Assembly: GCF_009914755.1 (NCBI RefSeq)
Contig: NC_060932.1
DNA length: 64,000 bases
From: the human T2T-CHM13v2.0 reference genome, Homo sapiens
Direction: 5' to 3' (one strand)
Positions 13,211-27,242 of the stretch are shown here, one piece after another. The notes beneath the pieces are model-generated. The model was not told the origin of the DNA and ran no database searches. It worked only from the letters and a program-made list of their open reading frames with translations. Numbering within the stretch: position 1 is the first letter of the stretch; every line of letters starts with the position of its first letter. The translations under genes were made by a program, and so were the position numbers.

Positions 13211-15034
13211 GCTATTACAAAGAAACCAGTCCACCCGTCTTATTCATTCTAATGCTAGATATTTAAACATTCAACCTTGTGGTGGAACTTTCTTGTGGAA
13301 AGATGAAAACGTCTTCTAGGTAACAGGAGGAGTTGTAGTATAAATAAAACTGCAATGCCATAAGCAATGCCAGATGACTCAGCATTCTGAGGGGGTGCTG
13401 AGACTCTGAGACGATTACTTTGAACTATTTATAAATGTGTGGCTTCCAAACAATCTGCTTATTTGAGATCATTTTATTGCTTTCACTTCCTTGCTGACAA
13501 AGTTTAGATTGGAAACTAGGAGCAAATTACACAGCCACATCCTCGGCTGACCTCATCCAAACATCACCTTTGTTCAACTGAGTACCCAAGCCCCTTATAC
13601 ATTCTAGGTGCTCAGATGCCTCGTGTATTTTGTACATACAACCATTTCCCTTTCACACCGACACATTATAAAGGCCTTCGGGACTTATTTCATCATCAGG
13701 AATGCAAAAAGAGGTTACACTAATTCCCTTTGACTTGTGGGTATCAGTCAATCAGAGAGCTTTCTGGTTGCAACGGGTTTTTTAAGTTACAGGTTTTACA
13801 CAACAGGATAATATATTAATCCAATTAAAACATAATTTTTAAAAACTGATAAAGTTGGAATAATTAGTTTGCTGGTTTTCTGGGTTCCCACAGCACCTTG
13901 TACATAACTTTTTGTAGCACTTAACATATTTGCTGTTACTTTTGATGTCTATTTGGTTCTCCCCAGACTTGTAACCCTGGCAGACCAGAGGCCTGCCTTC
14001 ATCCTGAAATCCTCTGCCCCTGTCATGGTGCCTGACACAGAAGTGCCTGGTATTCAGAAAAAAAAAATGTGTTGAAAAATAAGTAAACATTTCATATGCT
14101 TTGCATCAAAAAACCAAATGAATAGTTAGCACTTTATTTGTACTTATGTTTTTTCTTAAAATTCTGAATGTCAAATTGTGGTATCATGTATTCTATATGG
14201 CATTCTCAGGAAAAGTTTCTCAATGATAATGAAATCGGTGATTGAGATCTCCCTTGCCTCTCACTAGTTTTATGAAAATACTTTTAGTTATGCAAATTTT
14301 AGGCTGACAACAGGCAATAGATTTCTCCAGCTTCATGGTGCACATTTTTGAAGATTCAATTGCATTTAGAGATACATCAAACATAAACTTTAAATAGTGT
14401 CTTTTCAAGATGATGGCGTGGATGGTTTCCCTTGTGAAAGAGCATACTCATCTATACCAAAAGGCTGATGGCTACAGAAGAGAAGGCCAGTCTCACCTTC
14501 TGGAGGTCAGGGACAGAGGAGTGATCTGAGCTATTTGTCAAACAGCAGAGAGGGTTATTCTGTTTCAGAAGCAAAAGCGTCTAAAGTAAGAAGGAAGGGT
14601 CAGCATGAAGTCACACTGAAGAATCTCCAAAATGCACAGATTTCAAAAACTGTGGATTTCAGACCTGAATTCCCTTTTTGTGGACTTGCACATTCACACA
14701 CCAAATTTTGACATGCTTTCCATAAACCAGGAAAAGCTCTTGGTGCACTTGGAGCTTCACAGAGGAATGAGCCAAAGGGCAAACTTCCTCCAGTGCTGGG
14801 GCCTTGTGGCATGTCCTGTGCGATGCAAAAAATGGGTGAGAGGTAGTGATGAGGAAAGAATGGTGGGGCAAGGGCAGGGCAAGGCCCTTCTGCAGGAGAA
14901 TCACACTTTTTGAAAGCATACGCAGCAGGTCCAGCAGTGAAGGGCAGGGCCACTGAGGAGAGAGACATTCACTGTTAGAAGGAGGCTGTTTATTAAGAAC
15001 TCTGGGTGGGAGACATACCTGGTAAAAGCTTCTC

Positions 15035-15313
15035 AGCCGGTGCAGTGACTCATGCCTGTAATCCCAACACTTTGGGAGGCCGAGGCAGGTGGATCAAGAG
15101 TTAGGAGTTCACGACCAGCCTGGCCAAGATGGTGAAACCCCATCTCTACTAAAAACACAAAAATTAGCCGGGCGCGGTGGCAGGCACCTGTAATCCCAGC
15201 TACTCAGGAGGCTGAGGCAGAAGAATCGCTTGAACATGGGTGGCAGAAGTTTCAGCGAGCCGAGATCGCGCCACTGCACTACAGCCTGGGCAACAGAGTG
15301 AGACTCTGTCTCA
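15035..15313 (+). mobile_element. Alu (AluS-like) lacking a poly(A) tail
   Basis: Both arms present; ends GAGACTCTGTCTCA then unique sequence. Confidence 0.92.
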
Positions 15314-16770
15314 GTGACATATTTATGTGGTCAGGTACATCATGAAAGAATGTGCCACATTAGTGGAATTAAGTGAATATGACTGTGTGAACAAACAGAA
15401 CATGCCACAGGCACCAAGAATCTTAAACAAAGTCATGAAAGAAAGGAAGATTGTAGAGTCAGGACAGTCCTGTGATGAAAAAAGGAAGAAACCAGGATGG
15501 AGTCTCTACAGAACTAACATTTGAGAACAACGTGACAAGCCCTCTTTATTTACTTCCTGACTAATCACAATGTGTATAGTGGCAAGAAGAGGTACTTCTT
15601 TTATCTCTGTGCTACAGGTAAGCTGCAGAGGGGAGAGTGCTTGCCCAAGGCCACCCAGGCAGTAAGTGGGAAGCCAGGATTCTATGATAGTCTGACTGTA
15701 GAGCCACAATCTCTAATGTCAAAAAAGGAAGGTCTTGTGCTGTAGGATACAGGCCTTCCATCAAACCTGCACACTGTTGTTTCTCTCATGGGGACAGTCC
15801 CAAGGGTCCATGAATCTCCAAGTCTTTCCTGAACTACCCACGGGGAATGCTGCATTGATAATACCCTTGCATGACAGCTGGCAGAGGACTCTCTCCTCGT
15901 GACTCTGCACCCACCCAGATTACTCACATAAGCCACAGTCTGCTGTCTCAGTCACCCTCCTTGCTCCTGACTCCCAGCTTCAAGTTCTGTGTATGTTGGA
16001 GCAGGGGCAATAGGTACATCTGACAGGCACCCACATTGTGCAGACACTGACAGGCACTGTCAGAATCACAGGGGTGGAGTATTCCTGCTCCCAGCTAGGA
16101 TGCAGAAAACCACAAGAGACCACTGATCTCACACTAACAACTTGACGGATCTATCAGATTGCCAAGGATACAAAGAAACCTAAGTGAACTAATTCTAGAA
16201 AAAGACAAGAGGTGGATAGGTCGCTATGCTAGAGACCAAGGTATCCACCAGTTCCTTTTGTCCTACTTTTATCTCCAGCATAGTGACCCATCAACCTCTT
16301 CCCTGTGAAATGGAGAACTTCACCAAGGGCAAGAGGGTTGGGGGCTGAAGCTGGCGCCAGAGATGAAAGAGGAGAGGAAAGCCACTCCTTACAAAGTACA
16401 CAAGGCCTTCACCAAGTGCACTGCCAACTCTCCAAAGAGTTCCCCAGGCAGAGCAAGGCAGGAGAGAGATGCCTAATAAACAGAAAGCCCGGGGTGGAGC
16501 TGGAGAGAGACAGAAACTCTGCAGCATCCTGAAACGCTGGCAGCTGACCTGCAAAGCTGGTAGAGCGCCTGTATGATTGAGAAGGCCAGTGCTGGGCTGT
16601 AAAACACAACATGATTTCTGGAATCTCACTGGTGCTCAGATGCTCAACCTTGCTGAAAGCAAAGTCCTTGATCCTCTTCTCAGAATATTTGAAGATAGTG
16701 AAAACCAACCCTAGAGTTGTTCAGAGCCCAGACCCAGACCCAGCTCAACTACAAATGAGATTTATTCATT

Positions 16771-17327
16771 CTTGAGTTGGGGGTTACCAAGACCACCCTC
16801 AGGTTCAATGACTCACTGAGAAGACTTGCAAGACTCAGTATATAGTCATACTCATGGCTACAATTTATTATAGTAAAAGAATACAAAGCAAAATCAGCAA
16901 AGGGAAGAGGCACACGGGGTGAAGGCTAGGGGAAACCAGGTGCGAGCTGCCAAGGGTCTTCTCCAAGTGGAGCCACACAGCACATGCTTATCTCCCCAGC
17001 AAGGAACTGTGACAATACTTATGAAATGCTGCTGTCAACCAGAGATGCTCGTTAGAGACTTAGTGACTAGAAACTTTAGTGATGGCTGATCATGTAAGTA
17101 CCCTCTGCCTAGCATGTACCAAAATTCCATACTCCCAGAAAAAAAGGCAGGTATTCAGCATAAATCGCATTGTTTGTATAAATGCTTTAGAAAGTGTAAG
17201 CTCCTCTTAACAGTGAGGTGCTATGAACTGTCTTGGAAGTCCATGTTCTCAGATGCCAGCCCAAGCTTGTAAGCAGGTCTTTCAAAGGAGAGCAGCCAAG
17301 CCTGCTATATTAACTCTTTTCTACACA
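16771..17327 (-). mobile_element. ERVL-type LTR (MER21-like)
   Basis: Minus strand starts TGTGTAGAAAAGAGTTAATATAGCAGGC, matching the recalled MER21 5' end. Left boundary approximate. Confidence 0.75.
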
Positions 17328-17329
17328 AT

Positions 17330-19745
17330 CCACCACACTAATAACATATACTTTCCCAAGGCCAACTATTGTTTACCTCAGTCTACTGTTTTTTCACATA
17401 TAATGTCTGGCATTCAATTAAAACATTATGAGGCATGCAAAGAAGCAAGAAAAGATGACCTCAAACCAAGAAGAAAAACATCTCTGCAGCCCTGCAGGGA
17501 AAAAAAGAAAAAGAAAAAAGAAAAGAAAAAAAGTCAATAGAAACTGATGTGCAGGTGCCCCAGATGTTAAAATTATTAAACAAAAACACTGAAGTAACTA
17601 GAACAAATACGTTAAAAGCTCTAGGAAAAAAAAAATAAAAAACATGTGTGAACAGATGATAAAATGTAATAGAGAAACAAAAACTACAAAAAGAAAGTGC
17701 TACATGGGAGGCTGAGGCAGGAGGATCATTTGAGCCCAGGAGCTCAAGCAAGATACAAAAAGAAGGAAGGAGGGAAGGAGGGAGGGAGGGAAGGAGGGAA
17801 GGCGGGAGGGAGGGAAGGTGGGAGGGAAGGAGGGAGGGAGAGAAGGAAGGAAGGAAGGAAGGAAGGAAGGAAGGAAGGAAGGAAGGAAGGAAGGAAGGGA
17901 AGGAAGGGAGGGAAAAAGAAAAGGAAAAGAAAAAGAAAAAGAAAAGAACCAAATGAAGATCCTAGAAGTTTTATTAAAACATCACATTTGGTGGTCTTAA
18001 TAGCAGATTTAATATATCCTAAGAAAGGATAAGTGCACTTGAAGAAAGGCAAATAGAAATCATACAAACTATACAAACTGAAACATAAAAAGAAGAATTA
18101 AAGGGAGAGAGAGAGAGATCACCAGAATGTGAGGTGCTATTAGTGCCTCACATATATGTATTAATACATATGTGTTAATATATGTGGTATTGTAGTCCTA
18201 GAAGGAAAGGAGAGAACAAATGAAGCAGAAGGAAGAAAGAGATAATGGTTGAGAACAGTCCAAAACTGATGAAGGATATCAACCCACAGAAGCTCAACAA
18301 ACCCCAAGTAAGGTAAATATAAAGGAAACCACACCTAGACTTGCTGATGTTAATATGATGAAAACCAAAAAAAAAGAGGAAAATCTTAAAGCCGGCTAGA
18401 AGAAAAAGACTCATTACACATAGAGAAACAATGATAAGGGTTAGAAACAAGAAAGGATGAAAAGGGATGGAACATTTTTAGAGTGATGTCCCCCTAGAAG
18501 TCTATGGCTATCAAAATATTTTTCAGAAATGAAGACCACATACAGACATTCTCAAACAGACAAAAATCGAGAGAATTTAATTCTAGCATACCAGCACACA
18601 AGAAATGCTAAAAGAAGTTCTCCAAGCTAAAGACAAATGTATCAAATAGAAGCCCAGATCTGCGGGGAGAAAATGAAGAATACCAGAAAGGTGAATTATG
18701 CAGGTAAATGTATATTTACCCTTTTAAAAATATTTTAATATTTTAATTAAATGCTTTTTTAATTTTAAATATTTTTAAAATTTTAGTTTCATTATGTATT
18801 TTTAAAATATTTTATAAATATTTACTGATTACAGCAAAAAATAACAACACTATATTGAGGAGTTCATAACATGAACATGTGTGACAACAAAAGCACAAAG
18901 TGTAGGAGGAGAGTAAATGAATTACAGTGTTTTATGCTTCTTACATTGTTCATAAAATAATATAATATTTGAAACTAGAATATGTTGTAACAAAGATAAG
19001 TTAAGGTCTACAGCAACCACTAAAACAAGACGAACACAAAAAAGTATGGTTAAAAGGTCAGCAAATCCAAACTGAGGGATATTCTATAAAATGACTGACC
19101 AGTATCCCTCAAAACTTCCAAGGTCATCAAAAACAGGGAAAGTCTGAGAAGCTGTTAAATCCAAACAGATCCTAAAAAGGACATGAGGACTAAGGTACTG
19201 TGGTATCCTAATGGGATCCTGAAATAGGCAAATGCCATTAGGTACAAACTAAGAAAATCTGAATAAAATATGGACTTTAGCTAATGATAATGTATTAATA
19301 TTGATTCACTAGTTGTAACAAATGTTCCGTATTGATATTAGATGGTAACAACAGGGGAAACTGGGTGTGGGGTATATAGAAACTCTCTGTACTATAGTCA
19401 CATTTTTTTCTATAAATCTACAACTGTTCTAAAATAAAAAGTCAATACAAGAGATAAAATGGAATACTAAAAAATACTTGATTCACTCAAAAGAAGACAG
19501 AAAAGAAGGAAAGAGAAGCAAATAACTTATACAACACATAGAAAACAGACACCAAGATCATACTCTTAAGTTAAAAGATGTTGATAATTACACTATATGT
19601 AAATGGACTATGCACTCCAATTAAAGGGCAGTGATTGTCACCCTGTTACACACAGGTACATAATTCACATACACACATGTAGGCACACACACAGACACAA
19701 AAAAGAACTAGCTGTGTGCTGTTTACAGGAGAACATTTTAAGTAA
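17330..19745 (+). mobile_element. Degraded L1M body (ORF1 remnant) with nested Alu fragment (about 17700-17755), microsatellite and an L1MC-type 3' end (about 19060-19445)
   Basis: ORF1p-like remnant TPSKVNIKETTPRL...KEENLKA near 18300-18400. L1MC 3'UTR motifs (GGACTTTAGCTAATGATAATGTATTAATATTG; AACTCTCTGTACTAT). Confidence 0.7.
17762..17946 (+). repeat. Polypurine tract (GGGA)n/(GGAA)n/(GAAAA)n with 13 uninterrupted GGAA units at 17845-17896
   Basis: Direct count. Confidence 0.95.
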
Positions 19746-20929
19746 AAATATTTGAATAGGGCCTTTCTTTGCAGAATTCAAAACCCAGTACACTGTCTAG
19801 CAGATTATGGGCTGTGGGGCCCCTGCATCAGAACCTCACAGGGAAGTGTTCAAGTCAAGGATCCTCGGTTGGGCTCTAGGCTTACTGAAAGCATCTTCTG
19901 GGTTTAGAAATGCATTATGTGAACATTTATCAAGATCCCAAGGTAATTCTGATGTTGACTAAAGTTACAGAAAAGTCAATCTTGCAGGAAGGGTGGCAAG
20001 AGGCCAGAGTTTCTCCTTGTAAGAAGAAAGCCCCCTAACTCTCTTCATGAAAGAGCAAACCTGAGGTCCTCCCCAGCACCCCAGCACTTCCTCCCCAGGA
20101 ATGGCTTGGCAGGGCTGATGGGCCAAGCCTTCCCAAAGCTGTGTGGAGACATTCCTTCTGGTCTGTTCCCTCAAAGCAACTCCTCTTTCAAAGCCTCTGA
20201 AATAATTATATCAGTGTTCATATTTTTCAAATAAGAAGACAGAGGCTCAAAAAGGTAAAGGAATTCCCAAAGGTTAACTAATTAGTAAGCAGCAGCATCA
20301 ACATTTTGGCCCCAATCTGCCTAACCCAACAATTCCGAACAACAAGAGAAAAGTAAAACAACATCAATATCTAAAAATTTATAAAAAATACAATATAACA
20401 CCTAGAAAAATATTTAGAGTGAGCTATTTTTAAACATAATGTAATCTCACCGAAAAGTATATAAACCACGATCAGGCTGGGTTATATTCCTTGCTGTAGT
20501 TCTTTCGAGAACTAGAGTCATTTTCAAGAGATAGGGGAGGAAACAAGAGCCAACAATTTTTGATCACCTGCCTGGTACCATGTACCATACTTACTACTCA
20601 TAAAAAATGGTATTGCTTTTAATATCTCCAACACCAGAAGACAAACATCACTATCAGCATTTTACAGATCATAAAATTTGTTAAATAACACAGCCTATAA
20701 GTGGTGCAGCCAGAAATTGAAACTTCATCTGCCTGGTTCTAAATCCTGTGCTTTGCTATGAGACCTCATCACTCTCAGAGATTTTCAAATGCCAAACAGA
20801 ATCTCAATGAAATTCCAAAGGCAATTTGCACTATCTTCATAGGATGGTATCATGGATAAGAAACATGTTTACATTCTGCTTTGACTTTAGATAGTTTCTA
20901 GGATAATATTCTTATTTACTACGTTGCTG

Positions 20930-21690
20930 TTTTTTACTTAAATTATTGAATAGGTAAAGCAATTAATTGACATGGTTAAAATATATATATAGGGAAAAGT
21001 CTCACTCTCAGCCCTGTCCCTCAGTCTACCCAGTTCCAACCCTCACCCACCTGCAACAGGTTATGTTTCTTTGTTTATTTTGCATGTATTCTTGCAGAGG
21101 CTTGAAAGCAAACATAAGTAAATACAAATATGGTTTTGCCCTTTTTTAATCTTACTTTTTGCCCTTCCTCATATATCTTAAATATCTTTCTATAGAAGTA
21201 GAGAGATCCCATATTCTTTCCTGTAGCCACAAAGCATCATTCTGTTGTTTGTGTGCCCCATTGCCTATTTAACCCTTACCCTAATTCACAGACATTTCAG
21301 TTGTTGCTAATGGATAACCCTGCACAGTAAGCATTTCATGCATCTGCAAGTATATCTGTAGGATAAAATCTTACAAGTGGTGAGTCGAAGAACACATGCA
21401 TTTGCAATTTTGACAGATTCTGCCAAACTGACCTCCACAGGGTCAAAGGCACTAACACTCCCACCAGCAATGTGTGAGAATGGCTGTTCCTCATAGCCTC
21501 ATCAATGGAGCATGCTTGCAAACTTCTGAATGTTTACCAATCTGATAAGTGAAAAATGGTATCTTAATGTAGTTTTACTATTTTTTTTTAATTATCAGTG
21601 AGGTTGGACAACTTATCATACACTCAAAGTTATTCCCTTCTCTGTGATCTGTTCTTTTTATATATCCTTTGCCTATTTTTCAACTGGGTT
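20930..21690 (-). mobile_element. Old L1M (L1ME-like) 3' fragment
   Basis: CACTCCCACCAGCAATGTGTGAGA and GTGAAAAATGGTATCTTAATGTAGTTTT motifs, T-rich plus strand. Confidence 0.7.
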
Positions 21691-22452
21691 ACTGGTAGCA
21701 GTTTATTTTTAATATGAGATATTCATAAAAATAAGACAAATATTAAAGAGCTAATATCATATGAAAATAAAAATAATTCCAGCTGTCCAGTCAATATTTT
21801 TTTCTTGGATTTTGAAAGTATTATCTTAAAATCCATTCTCAGGCTTTGACATCTAACAAATATGCTGAGAGAAATCTAGCATAGTTTCCTAGAATGAATG
21901 GGCCATTCAATCAATCTACCAAACTATCTGGGGAGGGAGGCAGAGAGATTCAAGATCAGCTAAAATGGCAGATCTCACAAACCATTTTGGTATGGGGTTG
22001 TGATGTAAGCCCTAGCAAGACTTTCCTCTCATGTTCATCTGTTTTTCTCCTCTCACTCTCTCTCTCTTTCCCTCCCTCTCTATCACTGACACCACCCATC
22101 CCAAACTCAATGTCTCTCACGACAGCATTTTCACAGGTTGTATGAATCCCATGAACTCAACATATAACAACTTTCAAACTTAGTATAGAATGATATATAT
22201 ATAAGGTTAGCACAAAGAGGTATCCTCTTTAGATGAAAATGAGTGTCCCTTTTAAATGAAAAGATAAAATTTTATTTTAAAATAAACTCACTTCTGATTC
22301 ATGTGCAAGGAGAATGCCACTGAATCGGCTCTGTCATTGAGAACATTTCTATCAACAGAGTTAGGGGTCCAAAGGAGCCAAATGAGAAAGAACTCCACAA
22401 GGTGATTCCTGCCTAACTACACTGCCTTACATAATGATACGTGGACTTATCT

Positions 22453-22692
22453 ATTTGGAAGAAAGCAAAGAGTTGAATAGCTAGATGGAAGGATTTGGAA
22501 GAAAGCAAAGAGTTGAATAGCTAGATGGAAGGATTTGGAAGAAAGCAAAGAGTTGAATAGCTAGATGGAAGGATTTGGAAGAAAGCAAAGAGTTGAATAG
22601 CTAGATGGAAGGGTTTGGAAGAAAGCAAAGAGTTGAATAGCTAGATGGAAGGATTTGGAAGAAAGCAAAGAGTCGAATAGCTAGATGGAAGG
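22453..22692. repeat. Minisatellite, 40-bp unit ATTTGGAAGAAAGCAAAGAGTTGAATAGCTAGATGGAAGG x6
   Basis: Copies at 22453, 22493, 22533, 22573, 22613 and 22653; only two substitutions (22613, 22674). Confidence 0.98.
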
Positions 22693-23711
22693 AATAAGCC
22701 TATTTTTGTTTAGAGAATCCTAGTTCAGCAACATTCATCTTGTCTAAGTATCTTCTCTGGCACCTCTTTTAAGGTTGAAAATATCAGTTCCATCCTAGGG
22801 AATGCATTTTAATTGCATCTGCAAGAAGAGAAAATAACTTCTTTACTATTTGTGAATTCTCAGATGTTTGATGGGCTTCACCCAACGTTTTATAGCTATT
22901 TAGATTTCAGAATGACATGGAAATGCTTTTGGCATAAAGATATCCACTGCAGGGTTACTTATAACAACAGAAACTGGGAATGACCAAACTATCCAATTGT
23001 GAAAGGAATGGTTACACTATGATAATCATCCTTAAGCAGCCATTAAAACTAGTTTATAAATACATTTTCATAAAATGGAAAACACCTACAAAATGCTGAT
23101 TTAAAAGGCAATATTAAAAATTGCATATAAGCTCTCCGGCCCTGCCTTTCACTGGTAAAGTACCCTAGCAGCAAACCATCAGGCCAGTCATCTAAGCCAC
23201 ATTCTCCAATAGAGCTTTATCAGTGGTAAACCTAGAAACCGATTTCCATCAAAAAGAAAAAAAAATCTGCATTTATAATATGACCTCAACCATGTCTAAA
23301 TAATATCAAAAAAATTCCATATGGAAAGGAATCAACAAGTACTTTCCAAATCTTACTTAGTGAACACATTAATTTTATTTTTAAAATAAGTATACAAATA
23401 AGAAATATGTACTTTTAAAAGGCAATACAGGAATTTGCCCTTATTATAATATTCCCTAACACAAATCATATATTGTAAATTGTACATCTACATCTAGAAA
23501 AGCAAATTGATTTCATCTTGTAAGCCAATCACAATTGATTAGTAGCATCTGTGTGAGGATGTTGAGCTCTAATCTAAGATTAGTAAAAAAAGCGAGACTT
23601 GATTTCTTAGTAATGTTTGCCATTGGTATATGTATGAATATCATATATTTTCTGATCTTGCTGAAAATGATCTACCACAGAGTAGACGTAAAAGGAAGAA
23701 AAGTCGGGGGG

Positions 23712-24223
23712 TATGGTTGGCAGAATAATGGCCCTTAAAAAAGTCCATGTCCTAATCCCCGGAACCCGTAAATACGTTACCTTGCATGGCAAAAATAAAT
23801 TAAGACTGCAGGCGGTATTAAGGTTACTAATCATCTGAGATTAAGATAAGGACATTCATTGTTGTGGGTTATCTCAGTGGGTTCAGTATAACCACCAGGG
23901 TCCTTAAAGGTAGAAGAGGAGGCAGAAGAGGAGAGTCAGAGAAGGAGACATGGTGAGAGATGCCATATTTCTGGCCATGAAGATGAAGGGAGTGGCCATG
24001 AGCCAAGGAATACAGGTCGCGTGTAGAAGCCAGAAATGCAAGGAAGTGAATTTTTTTTCCCAGAACCTCTAGAAAAAATGCAGCCCTGCCAACACCTTGA
24101 TTTTATCTTAGTGAGATGTGTGATAGACTTCCAAACTACAGAAATGTAAGATAATCAATCTGAACTATTTTAAGCCACTAAATTGGTGGTAATCTGTTAC
24201 AGGAGCAATAGGAAATTAACACA
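23712..24223 (+). mobile_element. MaLR solo LTR (MLT1D/E-like)
   Basis: Starts TATGGTTGGCAGAATAATGGCCC; ends GTGGTAATCTGTTACAGGAGCAATAGGAAATTAACACA. Confidence 0.85.
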
Positions 24224-25589
24224 GAGAGTGGGAAGGGAAGACGACAGGGAGAGAGTGATTATCACTATTTGGATGAGGGGTTGGCATGAAGCAATTTCAT
24301 TTTGTTTGTCAGTCCCAATTAATTGAGAAACACTACCTAAATTGATATGCATTTGATGAATACCCTAAGTTGTGGGATGAGAGAAACTAAGGCTGGATTT
24401 ACTGTTTCTCACTCAGGTCTGAATCTCATTCCCATCTATAGTACCACTCAATAGGGAGGAAGCTAAAATCCACAGGGAGTCCAAGGGAAACCAGCCATGA
24501 CCCCAGGTCCAGCTCAGTGCAGCAGGTCCTGAGGCCCAGCACCGGACACCAACTATGTAATGGCAGAAGTTAATAATACATATGTGAGTGATTCCTTAAC
24601 TGAAACCACCCCCAAATCCATTTCCTCTGCACATAAACCAGATAGTCCACAATCTTAAAAACAAAACAAAACAACAACAATAAAAACCAGTAAGGATTTC
24701 AGGGCAAAAAGGCTGTTTCAGCTAGGTCTGTTTAGGGAAGGAAAATGCTTCACAGTGTAAACCAAGGAATGATTGAAAAGTCTAGTAGCAATGCTGCAAA
24801 AGCCAGGAAAATAATTAACCTCACTGGGTCTAATTTTCTCACCTCTAAAGTGAAATTTGCCTTAGCTCTCTATTCTCTAGCACAATAATTGCACTAGTCC
24901 CCCAAAGAAGTACACCTATATGCTGTGAAATGTGAAATAAAGCTCTTAATTTTAAATACGTACACAAATATGCATAACGCTAAAGACGCTTCTTGATTCA
25001 GACACTGCCACAATCCCACTAGGTGACATATGAGTCCTACCTAAGAAACTCACAGTCAGTACGGGTGGTTTTAAAAAGCAGCTATACAAGCAACACCTTT
25101 CAACATCCTTAGTTTCTCCAATTTCTCCCTTTCTGCCCCCAACAAGTAACTGAGAACATGTAGTGAGAAAAGCACAAGACTAGGAGTGAAAGGATGAAGT
25201 CCATGTTTTAGCTTCTTCACTTCCTGGATATTGAAGGCGTACCAGCAGATCCCTCCGAGCCTCCCTCTGACACTCAATGTCTTCAACTACAAGAGGGGGA
25301 ACCATGAAAATTCACCTTCCACAAGGCTGTTCTGAGCATAAAATAAACTTGCCAGTGGGGAAGGTCCTCGTCACCTCAGAAGTGCTGAATGCAGGTGAGT
25401 CAATATCATCATGGTGACTGAAGTCAGTGGATATAGCCATGGCAGAAAAGACTGACAGGTGATCAGTTAGCTTCTCTGAGGTTTAGAATCTTCGTATTTC
25501 AAAGACGGAAGATAATATGTACCATGAAGGAGATTCTAGATGATGAACATGCAGTTCCTGGTACAGTGCCTGCACGCAATGGATGTTCA

Positions 25590-26362
<773 letters not shown>

Positions 26363-26807
26363 GATGCCCTGCAGTCCCTCCCATGTTCTATGATTCTCTG
26401 GGATGTAATGGTAGACATAATTTCAAAAACCATTTTAGAGCAACAAGTTTACAAATCTTGATGATTCCTTTCCATGTGTGCCATGTGTGCCATATTGCTG
26501 TGCCAGCAACAGCAGTAATTCTCAGGGTCAAGTTTCCCCAAGTGCTGAGCAGAACTTTTTACTGAACACATTACTGGACCCTAGTTATTGTTGTCAATAA
26601 TTGCATCATAAGCAGTGGCTAAGCAAGCATTACCACCTACACTGAAGAAACACAAATTAGAGGCATTAAAAGAATACGAAATGCCACCATCTCCTGAGCC
26701 CCTGCAACATGCTGGGCACTGTGGTGGACACTCCCGAACACAATCTCCAGTTTTTACAACTGCTTGCCGGGTGGGCTTCATCACACCTGCTTTATCGGGT
26801 GACTCAC

Positions 26808-26824
26808 CTGCAGCAATCCAGGAT
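26808..26824 (-). other. Candidate 17-nt alternative microexon (frameshifting)
   Basis: TTTTTGCTTTCAG|ATCCTGGATTGCTGCAG|GTGAGT, 329 nt downstream of the exon-11 donor. Confidence 0.5.
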
Positions 26825-27153
26825 CTGAAAGCAAAAATACGTGTCCCTAAAGCCTGCAAGCCTTCCTCTAAATCACTCCAGTGCTTTTATGCAAAGATCG
26901 TGCCTTTTCTTCTGTCTGCATCCTCTTACACATCTTTGACTTGGTTTCCAAATTACAGAGCAATGCTACGCTTCTGGAACGAGAGAGCACAAATAAGCTG
27001 CACTATGCCTCAGACTCCACGTGTACCAGCTAAGGGGGCCCCAAAGCGAAGGTAAAACCAACAAACAATGAAAGAATGCTCTCTCCATCTTCACTTTGAA
27101 AAGCAACGCCTTTTTTGTCTGAACATCTGCCTTCTTCTCCAGAGCCCTCTTAC

Positions 27154-27242
27154 CTTGAAGGAGACATGCTGTTCCATGTGCCGCAGCAGCTGTGGCTTCT
27201 GGGCCGCTGTGTAGTCACACACCGTGCACTTAAACTGCTTCC
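27154..27242 (-). CDS. ZFAT: ZFAT coding exon (approx. exon 11), 89 nt; GKQFKCTVCDYTAAQKPQLLRHMEQHVSFK (one finger)
   Basis: Acceptor CTTCTTTCCAG|GG. Donor AAG|GTAAGA (GT 27153-27152). Phase 1 to phase 0. Confidence 0.95.

Noticed and set aside
17461-18076. 110-163 aa ORFs (PSFL/KEGR repeats)
   Set aside because: Translations of the GGAA/GGGA microsatellite.
22453-22692. 40-bp direct repeats as a CRISPR array
   Set aside because: Head-to-tail copies with no spacers; a simple VNTR.
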